From NCBI GenBank assembly GCA_002269645.1, contig NIVC01000211.1:434001-498000 (forward strand): a stretch of DNA of 64,000 nucleotides, written 5' to 3'. Positions 35,700-49,600 of this stretch are shown in pieces (positions within the stretch are counted from its first letter, which is position 1; the number at the start of each line of letters is the position of its first letter). Source of the stretch: Macrostomum lignano (lineage: Eukaryota). Under the pieces are notes generated by a model. It had not been told where the DNA came from and did no database searches. It was given only the letters and a program-made list of their open reading frames with translations. The translations under genes and the position numbers were made by a program.

Positions 35700-37450
35700 T
35701 TGATTGATTCATTTATTAACTGATAAGTTGATCAACTAAATTTACTAAATTCATTGACTGATTGGTTGTTTGTTTAATATATTGACTGATTAATTGGTTA
35801 CTTGATTCAATGACTAAAAGTAATCGATTGATCGATTGATTCTATAGCTAATTGATTGATTGACGGATTATAGAGCCGATTAACTGATTCATTGTCTAAT
35901 TGATTGATTTATTGATTAATTGATTCATTTCAATTCTATAGTTGATTGATTGATTCATTGATTAAAGACTGATTGAAAGATTGACTCTTTGATTAATTGA
36001 TTGATTGATTGATTGATTGATGACTGATTGAAGGATTTCCTCTTTGATTAACTGATTGATTAAGTGACTGATTGAAAGACTGACTCTTTGATCAATTGAT
36101 TGACTGATTGATTATTTGATTGATTGATTGAAAGATTGACTCTTTGATTATTTGATTGATTGATTGAATGATTAATTGATTGATTGATTGATGACTGATT
36201 GAAAGATTTCCTTTTTGATTAATTGATTGATTGATTGATTGACTGATTGAAAGACTGACTCTTTGATTAATTGATTGATTGATGACTGATTGAAAGATTG
36301 ACTCTTTGATTAATTGATTGATTGATTGATTGATTGATGACTGATTGAAGGATTTCCTCTTTGATTAACTGATTGATTAAGTGACTGATTGAAAGACTGA
36401 CTCTTTGATCAATTGATTGACTGATTGATTATTTGATTGATTGATTGAAAGATTGACTCTTTGATTATTTGATTGATTGATTGAATGATTAATTGATTGA
36501 TTGATTGAGGACTGATTGAAAGATTTCCTTTTTGATTAATTGATTGATTGATTGAGGACTGATTGAAAGATTTCCTTTTTGATTAATTGATTGATTGATT
36601 GATTGACTGATTGAAAGACTGACTCTTTGATTAATTGATTGATTGATTGACTGATTGGAAGACTGACTCTTTGATTAATTGATTGATTGATTGACTGATT
36701 GGAAGACTGACTCTTTGATTAATTGATTGATTGATTGACTGATTGAAAGACTGACTCTTTGATTAATTGATTGATTGATTGACTGATTGGAAGACTGACT
36801 CTTTGATTAATTGATTGATTGATTGACTGATTGGAAGACTGACTCTTTGATTAATTGATTGATTGATTGACTGATTGAAAGACTGACTCTTTGATTAATT
36901 GATTGATTGATTGATTGATGACTGATTGATTATTTGATTGATTGATTGATGACCGATTGAAAGATTGACTCTTTGATTATTTGATTTATTGATTGAATGA
37001 TTTATTGATTGATTGATTGATGACTGATTGAAAGATTGACTCTTTGATTATTTGATTGATTGATTGATTGATGACTGATTGATTATTTGATTGATTGATT
37101 GATGACTGATTGAAAGATTGACTCTTTGATTATTTGATTGATTGATTGATTGATGACTGATTGATTATTTGATTGATTGATTGATGACTGATTGAAAGAT
37201 TGACTCTTTGATTATTTGATTTATTGATTGAATGATTTATTGATTGATTGATTGATGACTGATTGAAAGATTGACTGATTGAATAATCGGTTTTTTTATT
37301 GATTTATTGATTGATTGATGACTGATTGATTAGTTAATTGATTTATTGACTGATTGATGACGTACTGATTGATTAATTGATTGACTGATCGATTGATTGA
37401 TTGATTGGTTGGTTGGTTGATTGATTCCATAGCTGATTAATTTATTGATT
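35700..37450. repeat. (GATT)-based compound repeat, about 44-bp unit (GACTGATTGAAAGACTGACTCTTTGATTAATTGATTGATTGATT)
   Basis: Direct reading. Confidence 0.93.
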
Positions 37451-37451
37451 A

Positions 37452-37686
37452 ACTGACTGACTGACTGACTGACTGACTGACTGACTGACTGACTGACTGA
37501 CTGACTGACTGACTGACTGACTGACTGACTGACTGACTGACTGACTGACTGACTGACTGACTGACTGACTGACTGACTGACTGACTGACTGACTGACTGA
37601 CTGACTGACTGACTGACTGACTGACTGACTGACTGACTGACTGACTGACTGACTGACTGACTGACTGACTGACTGACTGACTGACT
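37452..37686. repeat. Perfect (ACTG)n microsatellite
   Basis: Direct reading. Confidence 0.98.
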
Positions 37687-38189
37687 GAGAATAGGAAAAA
37701 AACTTCACTACATACTACTGCTAGTTCACGCGGAAAATGTAAGTAGATTCTAGTATAACAAACATTCTTCCAATTTAATTTAGGCCAGCAAATTCGTTTA
37801 AATTCAATAAAATTCGGCTCTAGCTGCATGCCAACTTTTTGCATGGGAAAGCATCTCGAAAGTAGATAATTTCAGTCTAGCAGAGAACTAGTGCGCGAGA
37901 CTTAGTTTACTAGACAGACAGAACTTTTAAAGTGCAAAACCTATTTTTGCATTAATAATGAGATTCGCTACGGTCCCTCAAGTGGCTCGCTCGAAGTAAA
38001 ACTAAAAAATAAGAGGCTTATCCACTTAATCTACAGCAGAGGAGTCGGATTTCAGCTTTCGGGGAAAAGTGCACTTTCACTGTTCGAGCTTGTTAGGATT
38101 GGGCTACTGAGGGATTTAGGCGACTCAAGCACGGGTAGAAAAGGGATTAAAGCATAGTGCACTGCAGTGATTGACAGGTGGGAGTGAAG

Positions 38190-38330
38190 CGATTCTCAGG
38201 TGTGTGTGAGAGACGATTCTCAGGTTTGTGATTGGCGATTCTCAGGTGTGAGGGACGATTCTCAGGTGTGAGGGACGATTCTCAGGTGTGAGGGACGATT
38301 CTCAGGTGTGAGGGACGATTCTCATGTGTG
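38190..38330. repeat. 20-bp minisatellite (GGGACGATTCTCAGGTGTGA), short
   Basis: About six units. Confidence 0.88.
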
Positions 38331-38439
38331 AAAGTCGACTCTAAATAGAGGTTTTCAAGGGATTCTGAGGTGATTATCCCCAAACGTAACCCATTCTTAA
38401 ACATGCCCAAGAGCTAAGAAATAAATAGAGCTGGCTTAC

Positions 38440-38742
38440 CGCTTTGTGAGGCTGCGAACCGTTTTCTCCTAGGAGCAAAATACTGCTGCTGATGATGTCT
38501 GTCTGGCGACCTCCTCATGCGCTGCAGCCGGCCCCCTACACCTGGCTGCGGCTGGCGCTTGCAATGCTGATAAGCTGGGTACCAATCCTCTGAGCTGGAG
38601 CCCGCCCCTGCCGTTGTTGCTGTCGCCGAAGTTGAATTCGGCTGCTGACCGTCTGAGAATGAAGCGCTGCCAGCTTCAGCTGTGACAGGCGGCCGGGGAG
38701 GGGAGGTGCTATTCGTGAAGCGATTGTTAATAAGTTTATAAC
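38440..38742 (-). CDS. FNDC3: FNDC3-like, most 5' exon found (N-terminal region); start codon not located
   Basis: Acceptor gcttgcag|GT TAT and donor AGC G|gtaagc. 303 nt open, phase 1/1: YKLINNRF...RMRRSPDRHHQQQYFAPRRKR. Confidence 0.72.
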
Positions 38743-38784
38743 CTGCAAGCTCCGAAATCTTAAAATATTATAAAAGAGGAATAC

Positions 38785-39665
38785 AAACTGATCCAGACTA
38801 GACAGAAATCCAAGATAGGGAAATCCCAGCTGATCCAGAGGGAAATCCGGGACAGGAAAATCCCCAGCTGATCCAGACGGAAATCAAAGATAGGGAAATC
38901 CCAGCTGATCCAGAGGGAATTCAAAAATAGGGAAATCCCCAGCTGATCCAGACGGAAATCAAAGATAGGGAAATCCCCAGCTGATCCAGACGGAAATCAA
39001 AGATAGGGAAATCCCCAGCTGATCCAGACGGAAATCCAAGATAGGGAAATCCCAGCTGATCCAGAGGGAAATCCAGGACAGGAAAATCCCCAGCTGATCC
39101 AGACGGAAATCCAAGATAAATAAATCCCAGCTGATCCAGAGGAAAATCTAAGATAGGCAAATTCCAGCTGATCCAGAGGGAAATTAAAAATAGGGAAATC
39201 CCCAGCTGATCCAGACGAAAATCAAAGATAGGGAAATCCCCAGCTGATCCAGACGGAAATCCAAGATAGGGAAATCCCAGCTGATCCAGAGGGAAATCTA
39301 AGATAGGGAAATCCAAGCTGATCCAGACGGAAATCCAAGATAGGGAAATCCCAGCTGATCCAGAGGGAAATCCGGGACAGGAAAATCCCCAGCTGATCCA
39401 GACGGAAATCCAAGATAAATAAATCCCAGCTGATCCAGAGAGAAATCAAAGATGGGAAATCCCCAGCTGATCCAGAGAGAAATCAAAGATGGGAAATCCC
39501 CAGCTGATCCAGACGGAAATCTAAGATAGGGAAATCCCGGCTGATACAGAGAGAAATCAAAGATGGGAAATCCCCAGCTGATCCAGAGAGAAATCAAAGA
39601 TGGGAAATCCCCAGCTGATCCAGACGGAAATCTAAGATAGGGAAATCCCGGCTGATACAGAGAGA
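38785..39665. repeat. 37-38-bp minisatellite (CCCAGCTGATCCAGACGGAAATCCAAGATAGGGAAAT)
   Basis: Tandem units with a degenerate tail to about 39800. Confidence 0.94.
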
Positions 39666-40692
39666 AATCCGACGAGAATTTAAAGGGAAATTTAGCTGAT
39701 GCTGAGGGGAATTCGCAGATCCTGAGGGAAATTGCAGATCCTGTAGGAAAAATTTAGCCGACTATGAGGGGGAATTTAGTTGACCCTGATAGGAATTTAG
39801 CTCATCTTGAAAATAGATTTGCTGAGAGGATACTAAAAAATATCGGCGCGCTTTCAGACAGGTATAAAACAGTATCCTTTTTAATTCAGCAGGTTCTCAA
39901 TTTTCTTTTTTCAAGCCGATCCGTGAAACTTTATTGACTAATCTCCCAGCACTTCGCGTGCACCAGAGAAGAGAGATTAAAAAATGTCTCTAGCAAAGAA
40001 AAAACACTGTACAAGCGTAAGCTATAAAAAAACCTATAAAATAGCAATTGAAAATAAAACAAAACTACTTCCTACAGCTGAAAAAAGACGAGCCACCGTC
40101 CTAAAAAATAACGTTCGTTAATGATTCAAGCCTTGGAGTTCTTCGATTCATTCTCTCTCTCTAGCTCTCTCTCACTCTGCTCAATCTACTCCAATTCTAC
40201 AAGAAGCGATCGATATTCAATTTCGATTCAAGGTTAATTAAATCAAGCTTCATTCCAGTACATGAAAATAGCTGTGAAAAAAATTACAAAATTTCTATTG
40301 TCCTTGTACTATAACTTCATTATTGATCTACCGATTAATTAAAACAAAAATAGATTAACACGCTCATAAATAAAGCAAGCTTTTACTACATAGATCGATT
40401 GAGGAGTTCTTCTACAAGAAGACAGACAAGATCAAGAGTCTAGTTCCGACGCTGATCAAAGAGATTTTCGAACGGGTCTTCATCTTTGGTCAAATTAAAA
40501 TGTAATCGATAATATTGCAATACTCTCTCTAAAATGAAGGATTGCCTAAGAAATCTCAAATCAATCGCTTAGAAAGAAAAACATAGGAAATACATGTAGT
40601 GTACTGTGAGAGAGTGAAGGCCTGTTAGGGGAATTGGGGAACTGCTCGTAATGGTGACCATGTCGGTCTGCTAACTGCCTCTCTGTCTTTAT

Positions 40693-43600
40693 GTGTATCT
40701 TAGTGCCTGTGTCTTAATGCCTGTGTGAATTAGTGCTTGTGTGTCATAGTGCCTGTGTGTCTTAGTGCCTGTGTCTTAATGCCTGTGTGAATTAGTGCTT
40801 GTGTGTCATAGTGCCTGTGTGTCTTAGTGCATGTGTGTCTTAGTGCATGGGTGTCTTAGTGCCTGTGTGTCTTAGTGCCTGTGTGTCTTAGTGCCTGTGT
40901 GTCTTAGTGCCTGTGTGTCTTAGTGCCTGTGTGTCTTAGTGCCTGTGTGTCTTAGTGCCTGTGTGTCTTAGTGCCTGTGTCTTAGTGCCTGAGTGTCTTA
41001 GTGCCTGTGTGTCTTAGTGCTTGTGTGTCTTAGTGCCTGTGTGTCTTAGTGCTTGTGTGTCTTAGTGCCTGCGTGTCTTAGTGGCCGTGTGTCTTAGTGC
41101 CTGTGTGTCTTTGTGCCTGTGTGTCTTAGTGCCTGTGTGTCTTAGTGCCTGTGTGTCTTAGTGCTTGTGTGTCTTAGTGCTTGTGTGTCTTAGTGCATGG
41201 GTGTCTTAGTGCCTGTGTCTTAGTGCCTGTGTCTTAGTGCCTGTGTGTCTTAGTGCCTGTGTGTCTTAGTGCCTGTGTCTTAGTGCCTGTGTGTCTTTGT
41301 GCCTGTGTGTCTTAGTGCCTGTGTGTCTTAGTGCCTGTGTGTCTTAGCGCCTGTGTGTCTTAGTGCCTGTGTGTCTTAGTGCTTGTGTGTCTTAGTGCCC
41401 GTGTGTCTTAGTGCCTGTGTGTCTTTGTGCCTGTGTGTCTTAGTGCCTGTGTGTCTTAGTGCCTGTGTGTCTTAGTGCCTGTGTGTCTTAGTGCCTGTGT
41501 GTCTTAGTCCTTGTGTGTCTTAGTGCATGGGTGTCTTAGTGCCTGTGTCTTAGTGCCCGTGTGTCTTAGTGCCTGTGTGTCTTACTGCATGGGTGTCTTA
41601 GTGCCTGTGTGTCTTAGTGCCTGTGTGTCTAAGTGCATAGGTGTCTTAGTGCCTGTGTCTTAGTGCCTGTGTGTCTTAGTGCCTGTGTGTCTTAGTGCCT
41701 GTGTGTCTTTGTGCCTGTGTGTCTAAGTGCATAGGTGTCTTAGTGCCTGTGTCTTAGTGCCTGTGTGTCTTAGTGCCTGTGTGTCTTAGTGCCTGTGTGT
41801 CTTAGTGCCTGTGTGTCTTAGTGCTTGTGTGTCTTAGTGTATGGGTGTCTTAGTGCCTGTGTGTCTTAGTGACTGTGTGTTTTAGTGCCTGTGTGTCTTA
41901 GTGCCTGTGTGTCTTAGTGCCTGTGTGTCTTAGGCATAGGTGTCTTAGTGCCTGTGTCTTAGTGCCTGTGTGTCTTAGTGCTTGTGTGTCTTAGTGCATG
42001 GGTGTCTTAGTGCCTGTGTGTCTTAGTGCCCGTGTGTCTTAGTGCCTGTGTGTCTTAGTGCATGGGTGTCTTAGTGCCTGTGTGTCTTAGTGCCTGTGTG
42101 TCTTAGTGACAGTGTGTTTTAGTGCCTGTGTGTCTTTGTGCCTGTGTGTCTTAGTGCATAGGTGTCTTAGTGCATAGGTGTCTTAGTGCCTGTGTCTTAG
42201 TGCCTGTGTGTCTTAGTGCCTGTGTGTCTTAGTGCATGGGTGTCTTAGTGCCTGTGTGTCTTAGTGCCTGTGTGTCTTAGTGCCTGTGTGTCTTAGTGCC
42301 TGTGTGTCTTAGTGACTGTGTGTTTTAGTGCCTCTGTGTCTTAGTGCCTGTGTGTCTTTGTGCCTGAGTGTCTTAGTGCCTGTGTGTCTAAGTGCATAGG
42401 TGTCTTAGTGCCTGTGTCTTAGTGCCTGTGTGTCTTAGTGCCTGTGTGTCTTAGTGCCTGTGTGTCTTAGTGCTTGTGTGTCTTAGTGCATGGGTGTCTT
42501 AGTGCCTGTGTGTCTTAGTGCCCGTGTGTCTTAGTGCCTGTGTGTCTTAGTGTATGGGTGTCTTAGTGCCTGTGTGTCTTAGTGCCTGTGTGTCTTAGTG
42601 ACTGTGTGTCTTAGTGCCTGTGTGTCTTAGTGCCTGTGTGTCTTAGTGCCTGTGTGTCTTAGTGCATGGTGTCTTAGTGCCTGTGTCTTAGTGCCTGTGT
42701 CTTAGTGCCTGTGTGTCTTAGTGCATGGCTGTCTTAGTGCCTGTGTCTTTTTCTTTGTCTGTCTTAGTGCCTGTGTGTCTTAGTGCCTGTGTGTCTTAGT
42801 GCCTGTGTGTCTTAGTGCATGGGTGTCTTAGTGCCTGTGTCTTAGTGCCTGTGTCTTAGTGCCTGTGTGTCTTAGTGCATGGCTGTCTTAGTGCCTGTGT
42901 GTCTTAGTGCCTGTGTGTCTTAGTGCCTGTGTGTCTTAGTGACAGTGTGTTTTAGTGCCTGTGTGTCTTTGTGCCTGTGTGTCTTAGTGCATAGGTGTCT
43001 TAGTGCATAGGTGTCTTAGTGCCTGTGTCTTAGTGCCTGTGTGTCTTAGTGCCTGTGTGTCTTAGTGCATGGGTGTCTTAGTGCCTGTGTGTCTTAGTGC
43101 CTGTGTGTCTTAGTGCCTGTGTGTCTTAGTGCCTGTGTGTCTTAGTGACTGTGTGTTTTAGTGCCTGTGTGTCTTAGTGCCTGTGTGTCTTTGTGCCTGA
43201 GTGTCTTAGTGCCTGTGTGTCTAAGTGCATAGGTGTCTTAGTGCCTGTGTCTTAGTGCCTGTGTGTCTTAGTGCCTGTGTGTCTTAGTGCCTGTGTGTCT
43301 TAGTGCTTGTGTGTCTTAGTGCATGGGTGTCTTAGTGCCTGTGTGTCTTAGTGCCCGTGTGTCTTAGTGCCTGTGTGTCTTAGTGTATGGGTGTCTTAGT
43401 GCCTGTGTGTCTTAGTGCCTGTGTGTCTTAGTGACTGTGTGTCTTAGTGCCTGTGTGTCTTAGTGCCTGTGTGTCTTAGTGCATGGGTGTCTTAGTGCCT
43501 GTGTCTTAGTGCCTGTGTCTTAGTGCCTGTGTCTTAGTGCCTGTGTGTCTTAGTGCCTGTGTCTTTTTCTTTGTCTGTCTTAGTGCCTGTGTGTCTTAGT

Positions 43601-46600
43601 GCCTGTGTGTCTTAGTGCCTGTGTGTCTTAGTGCATGGGTGTCTTAGTGCCTGTGTCTTAGTGCCTGTGTCTTAGTGCCTGTGTGTCTTAGTGCATGGCT
43701 GTCTTAGTGCCTGTGTGTCTTAGTGCCTGTGTGTCTTAGTGCCTGTGTGTCTTAGTGACAGTGTGTTTTAGTGCCTGTGTGTCTTTGTGCCTGTGTGTCT
43801 TAGTGCATAGGTGTCTTAGTGCATAGGTGTCTTAGTGCATAGGTGTCTTAGTGCCTGTGTCTTAGTGCCTGTGTGTCTTAGTGCCTGTGTGTCTTAGTGC
43901 ATGGGTGTCTTAGTGCCTGTGTGTCTTAGTGCCTGTGTGTCTTAGTGCCTGTGTGTCTTAGTGCCTGTGTGTCTTAGTGACTGTGTGTTTTAGTGCCTGT
44001 GTGTCTTAGTGCCTGTGTGTCTTTGTGCCTGAGTGTCTTAGTGCCTGTGTGTCTAAGTGCATAGGTGTCTTAGTGCCTGTGTCTTAGTGCCTGTGTGTCT
44101 TAGTGCCTGTGTGTGTTAGTGCCTGTGTGTCTTAGTGCTTGTGTGTCTTAGTGCATGGTGTCTTAGTGCCTGTGTGTCTTAGTGCCCGTGTGTCTTAGTG
44201 CCTGTGTGTCTTAGTGTATGGGTGTCTTAGTGCCTGTGTGTCTTAGTGCCTGTGTGTCTTAGTGACTGTGTGTCTTAGTGCCTGTGTGTCTTAGTGCCTG
44301 TGTGTCTTAGTGCATGGGTGTCTTAGTGCCTGTGTCTTAGTGCCTGTGTCTTAGTGCCTGTGTCTTAGTGCCTGTGTGTCTTAGTGCATGGCTGTCTTAG
44401 TGCCTGTGTCTTTTTCTTTGTCTGTCTTAGTGCCTGTGTGTCTTAGTGCCTGTGTGTCTTAGTGACTGTGTGTCTTAGTGCCTGTGTGTCTTAGTGCCTG
44501 TGTGTCTTAGTGCTTGTGTGTCTTAGTGTATGGGTGTCTTAGTGCCTGTGTGTCTTAGTGACTGTGTGTTTTAGTGCCTGTGTGTCTTAGTGCCTGTGTG
44601 TCTTAGTGCCTGTGTGTCTTAGGCATAGGTGTCTTAGTGCCTGTGTCTTAGTGCCTGTGTGTCTTAGTGCTTGTGTGTCTTAGTGCATGGGTGTCTTAGT
44701 GCCTGTGTGTCTTAGTGCCCGTGTGTCTTAGTGCCTGTGTGTCTTAGTGCATGGGTGTCTTAGTGCCTGTGTGTCTTAGTGCCTGTGTGTCTTAGTGACA
44801 GTGTGTTTTAGTGCCTGTGTGTCTTTGTGCCTGTGTGTCTTAGTGCATAGGTGTCTTAGTGCATAGGTGTCTTAGTGCCTGTGTCTTAGTGCCTGTGTGT
44901 CTTAGTGCCTGTGTGTCTTAGTGCATGGGTGTCTTAGTGCCTGTGTGTCTTAGTGCCTGTGTGTCTTAGTGCCTGTGTGTCTTAGTGCCTGTGTGTCTTA
45001 GTGACTGTGTGTTTTAGTGCCTCTGTGTCTTAGTGCCTGTGTGTCTTTGTGCCTGAGTGTCTTAGTGCCTGTGTGTCTAAGTGCATAGGTGTCTTAGTGC
45101 CTGTGTCTTAGTGCCTGTGTGTCTTAGTGCCTGTGTGTCTTAGTGCCTGTGTGTCTTAGTGCTTGTGTGTCTTAGTGCATGGGTGTCTTAGTGCCTGTGT
45201 GTCTTAGTGCCCGTGTGTCTTAGTGCCTGTGTGTCTTAGTGTATGGGTGTCTTAGTGCCTGTGTGTCTTAGTGCCTGTGTGTCTTAGTGACTGTGTGTCT
45301 TAGTGCCTGTGTGTCTTAGTGCCTGTGTGTCTTAGTGCCTGTGTGTCTTAGTGCATGGGTGTCTTAGTGCCTGTGTCTTAGTGCCTGTGTCTTAGTGCCT
45401 GTGTGTCTTAGTGCATGGCTGTCTTAGTGCCTGTGTCTTTTCTTTGTCTGTCTTAGTGCCTGTGTGTCTTAGTGCCTGTGTGTCTTAGTGCCTGTGTGTC
45501 TTAGTGCATGGGTGTCTTAGTGCCTGTGTCTTAGTGCCTGTGTCTTAGTGCCTGTGTGTCTTAGTGCATGGCTGTCTTAGTGCCTGTGTGTCTTAGTGCC
45601 TGTGTGTCTTAGTGCCTGTGTGTCTTAGTGACAGTGTGTTTTAGTGCCTGTGTGTCTTTGTGCCTGTGTGTCTTAGTGCATAGGTGTCTTAGTGCATAGG
45701 TGTCTTAGTGCCTGTGTCTTAGTGCCTGTGTGTCTTAGTGCCTGTGTGTCTTAGTGCATGGGTGTCTTAGTGCCTGTGTGTCTTAGTGCCTGTGTGTCTT
45801 AGTGCCTGTGTGTCTTAGTGCCTGTGTGTCTTAGTGACTGTGTGTTTTAGTGCCTGTGTGTCTTAGTGCCTGTGTGTCTTTGTGCCTGAGTGTCTTAGTG
45901 CCTGTGTGTCTAAGTGCATAGGTGTCTTAGTGCCTGTGTCTTAGTGCCTGTGTGTCTTAGTGCCTGTGTGTCTTAGTGCCTGTGTGTCTTAGTGCTTGTG
46001 TGTCTTAGTGCATGGGTGTCTTAGTGCCTGTGTGTCTTAGTGCCGTGTGTCTTAGTGCCTGTGTGTCTTAGTGTATGGGTGTCTTAGTGCCTGTGTGTCT
46101 TAGTGCCTGTGTGTCTTAGTGACTGTGTGTCTTAGTGCCTGTGTGTCTTAGTGCCTGTGTGTCTTAGTGCATGGGTGTCTTAGTGCCTGTGTCTTAGTGC
46201 CTGTGTCTTAGTGCCTGTGTCTTAGTGCCTGTGTGTCTTAGTGCCTGTGTCTTTTTCTTTGTCTGTCTTAGTGCCTGTGTGTCTTAGTGCCTGTGTGTCT
46301 TAGTGCCTGTGTGTCTTAGTGCATGGGTGTCTTAGTGCCTGTGTCTTAGTGCCTGTGTCTTAGTGCCTGTGTGTCTTAGTGCATGGCTGTCTTAGTGCCT
46401 GTGTGTCTTAGTGCCTGTGTGTCTTAGTGCCTGTGTGTCTTAGTGACAGTGTGTTTTAGTGCCTGTGTGTCTTTGTGCCTGTGTGTCTTAGTGCATAGGT
46501 GTCTTAGTGCATAGGTGTCTTAGTGCATAGGTGTCTTAGTGCCTGTGTCTTAGTGCCTGTGTGTCTTAGTGCCTGTGTGTCTTAGTGCATGGGTGTCTTA

Positions 46601-49600
46601 GTGCCTGTGTGTCTTAGTGCCTGTGTGTCTTAGTGCCTGTGTGTCTTAGTGCCTGTGTGTCTTAGTGACTGTGTGTTTTAGTGCCTGTGTGTCTTAGTGC
46701 CTGTGTGTCTTTGTGCCTGAGTGTCTTAGTGCCTGTGTGTCTAAGTGCATAGGTGTCTTAGTGCCTGTGTCTTAGTGCCTGTGTGTCTTAGTGCCTGTGT
46801 GTGTTAGTGCCTGTGTGTCTTAGTGCTTGTGTGTCTTAGTGCATGGGTGTCTTAGTGCCTGTGTGTCTTAGTGCCCGTGTGTCTTAGTGCCTGTGTGTCT
46901 TAGTGTATGGGTGTCTTAGTGCCTGTGTGTCTTAGTGCCTGTGTGTCTTAGTGACTGTGTGTCTTAGTGCCTGTGTGTCTTAGTGCCTGTGTGTCTTAGT
47001 GCATGGGTGTCTTAGTGCCTGTGTCTTAGTGCCTGTGTCTTAGTGCCTGTGTGTCTTAGTGCATGGCTGTCTTAGTGCCTGTGTCTTTTTCTTTGTCTGT
47101 CTTAGTGCCTGTGTGTCTTAGTGCCTGTGTGTCTTAGTGACTGTGTGTCTTAGTGCATGGGTGTCTTAGTGCCTGTGTCTTAGTGCCTGTGTCTTAGTGC
47201 CTGTGTGTCTTAGTGCATGGCTGTCTTAGTGCCTGTGTCTTTTTCTTTGTCTGTCTTAGTGCCTGTGTCTTTTTCTTTGTCTGTCTTAGTGCCTGTGTCT
47301 TAGTGCCTGTGTCTTAGTGCCTGTGTCTTAGTGCCTGTGTCTTAGTGCCTGTGTCTTAGTGCCTGTGTCTTAGTGCCTGTGTCTTAGTGCCTGTGTGTCT
47401 TAGTGCATGGCTGTCTTAGTGACTGTGTCTTTTTCTTTGTCTGTCTTAGTGCCTGTGTGTCTTAGTGCCTGTGTGTCTTAGTGCCTGTGTGTCTTAGTGC
47501 ATGGGTGTCTTAGTGCCTGTGTGTCTTAGTGCCTGTGTGTCTTAGTGCCTGTGTGTCTTAGTGCCTGTGTGTCTTAGTGACTGTGTGTTTTAGTGCCTGT
47601 GTGTCTTAGTGCCTGTGTGTCTTTGTGCCTGTGTGTCTTAGTGCCTGTGTGTCTAAGTGCATAGGTGTCTTAGTGCCTGTGTCTTAGTGCCTGTGTGTCT
47701 TAGTGCCTGTGTGTCTTAGTGCCTGTGTGTCTTAGTGCTTGTGTGTCTTAGTGCATGGGTGTCTTAGTGCCTGTGTGTCTTAGTGCCCGTGTGTCTTAGT
47801 GCCTGTGTGTCTTAGTGTATGGGTGTCTTAGTGCCTGTGTGTCTTAGTGCCTGTGTGTCTTAGTGACTGTGTGTCTTAGTGCCTGTGTGTCTTAGTGCCT
47901 GTGTGTCTTAGTGCATGTGTCTTAGTGCCTGTGTCTTAGTGCCTGTGTCTTAGTGCCTGTGTCTTAGTGCCTGTGTGTCTTAGTGCCTGTGTCTTAGTGC
48001 CTGTGTCTTAGTGCCTGTGTCTTAGTGCCTGTGTCTTAGTGCCTGTGTGTCTTAGTGCATGGCTGTCTTAGTGCCTGTGTCTTTTTCTTTGTCTGTCTTA
48101 GTGCCTGTGTCTTAGTGCCTGTGTGTCTTAGTGCCTGTGTGTCTTAGTGCCTGTGTGTCTTAGTGCCTGTGTGTCTTAGTGACTGTGTGTTTTAGTGCCT
48201 GTGTGTCTTAGTGCCTGTGTGTCTTTGTGCCTGAGTGTCTTAGTGCCTGTGTGTCTAAGTGCATAGGTGTCTTAGTGCCTGTGTCTTAGTGCCTGTGTGT
48301 CTTAGTGCCTGTGTGTCTTAGTGCCTGTGTGTCTTAGTGCTTGTGTGTCTTAGTGCATGGGTGTCTTAGTGCCTGTGTGTCTTAGTGCCGTGTGTCTTAG
48401 TGCCTGTGTGTCTTAGTGTATGGGTGTCTTAGTGCCTGTGTGTCTTAGTGCCTGTGTGTCTTAGTGACTGTGTGTCTTAGTGCCTGTGTGTCTTAGTGCC
48501 TGTGTGTCTTAGTGCATGGGTGTCTTAGTGCCTGTGTCTTAGTGCCTGTGTCTTAGTGCCTGTGTCTTAGTGCCTGTGTGTCTTAGTGCCTGTGTCTTTT
48601 TCTTTGTCTGTCTTAGTGCCTGTGTGTCTTAGTGCCTGTGTGTCTTAGTGCCTGTGTGTCTTAGTGCATGGGTGTCTTAGTGCCTGTGTCTTAGTGCCTG
48701 TGTCTTAGTGCCTGTGTGTCTTAGTGCATGGCTGTCTTAGTGCCTGTGTGTCTTAGTGCCTGTGTGTCTTAGTGCCTGTGTGTCTTAGTGACAGTGTGTT
48801 TAGTGCCTGTGTGTCTTAGTGCCTGTGTGTCTTAGTGCATGGTGTCTTAGTGCATAGGTGTCTTAGTGCATAGGTGTCTTAGTGCCTGTGTCTTAGTGCC
48901 TGTGTGTCTTAGTGCCTGTGTGTCTTAGTGCATGGTGTCTTAGTGCCTGTGTGTCTTAGTGCCTGTGTGTCTTAGTGCCTGTGTGTCTTAGTGCCTGTGT
49001 GTCTTAGTGACTGTGTGTTTAGTGCCTGTGTGTCTTAGTGCCTGTGTGTCTTTGTGCCTGTGTGTCTTAGTGCCTGTGTGTCTTAGTGCATAGGTGTCTT
49101 AGTGCCTGTGTCTTAGTGCCTGTGTGTCTTAGTGCCTGTGTGTGTTAGTGCCTGTGTGTCTTAGTGCTGTGTGTCTTAGTGCATGGGTGTCTTAGTGCCT
49201 GTGTGTCTTAGTGCCGTGTGTCTTAGTGCCTGTGTGTCTTAGTGTATGGGTCTTAGTGCCTGTGTGTCTTAGTGCCTGTGTGTCTTAGTGCTGTGTGTCT
49301 TAGTGCCTGTGTGTCTTAGTGCCTGTGTGTCTTAGTGCATGGGTCTTAGTGCCTGTGTCTTAGTGCCTGTGTCTTAGTGCCTGTGTCTTAGTGCCTGTGT
49401 GTCTTAGTGCATGGCTGTCTTAGTGCCTGTGTCTTTTTCTTTGTCTGTCTTAGTGCCTGTGTGTCTTAGTGCCTGTGTGTCTTAGTGCTGTGTGTCTTAG
49501 TGCATGGGTGTCTTAGTGCCTGTGTCTTAGTGCCTGTGTCTTAGTGCCTGTGTGTCTTAGTGCATGGCTGTCTTAGTGCCTGTGTCTTTTTCTTTGTCTG

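Noticed and set aside
39872-39880. GTATCCTTT, a U12-type 5' splice-site consensus
   Set aside because: On the + strand with no associated exon; a single 9-mer is expected by chance. All donors mapped in the three genes are U2-type.
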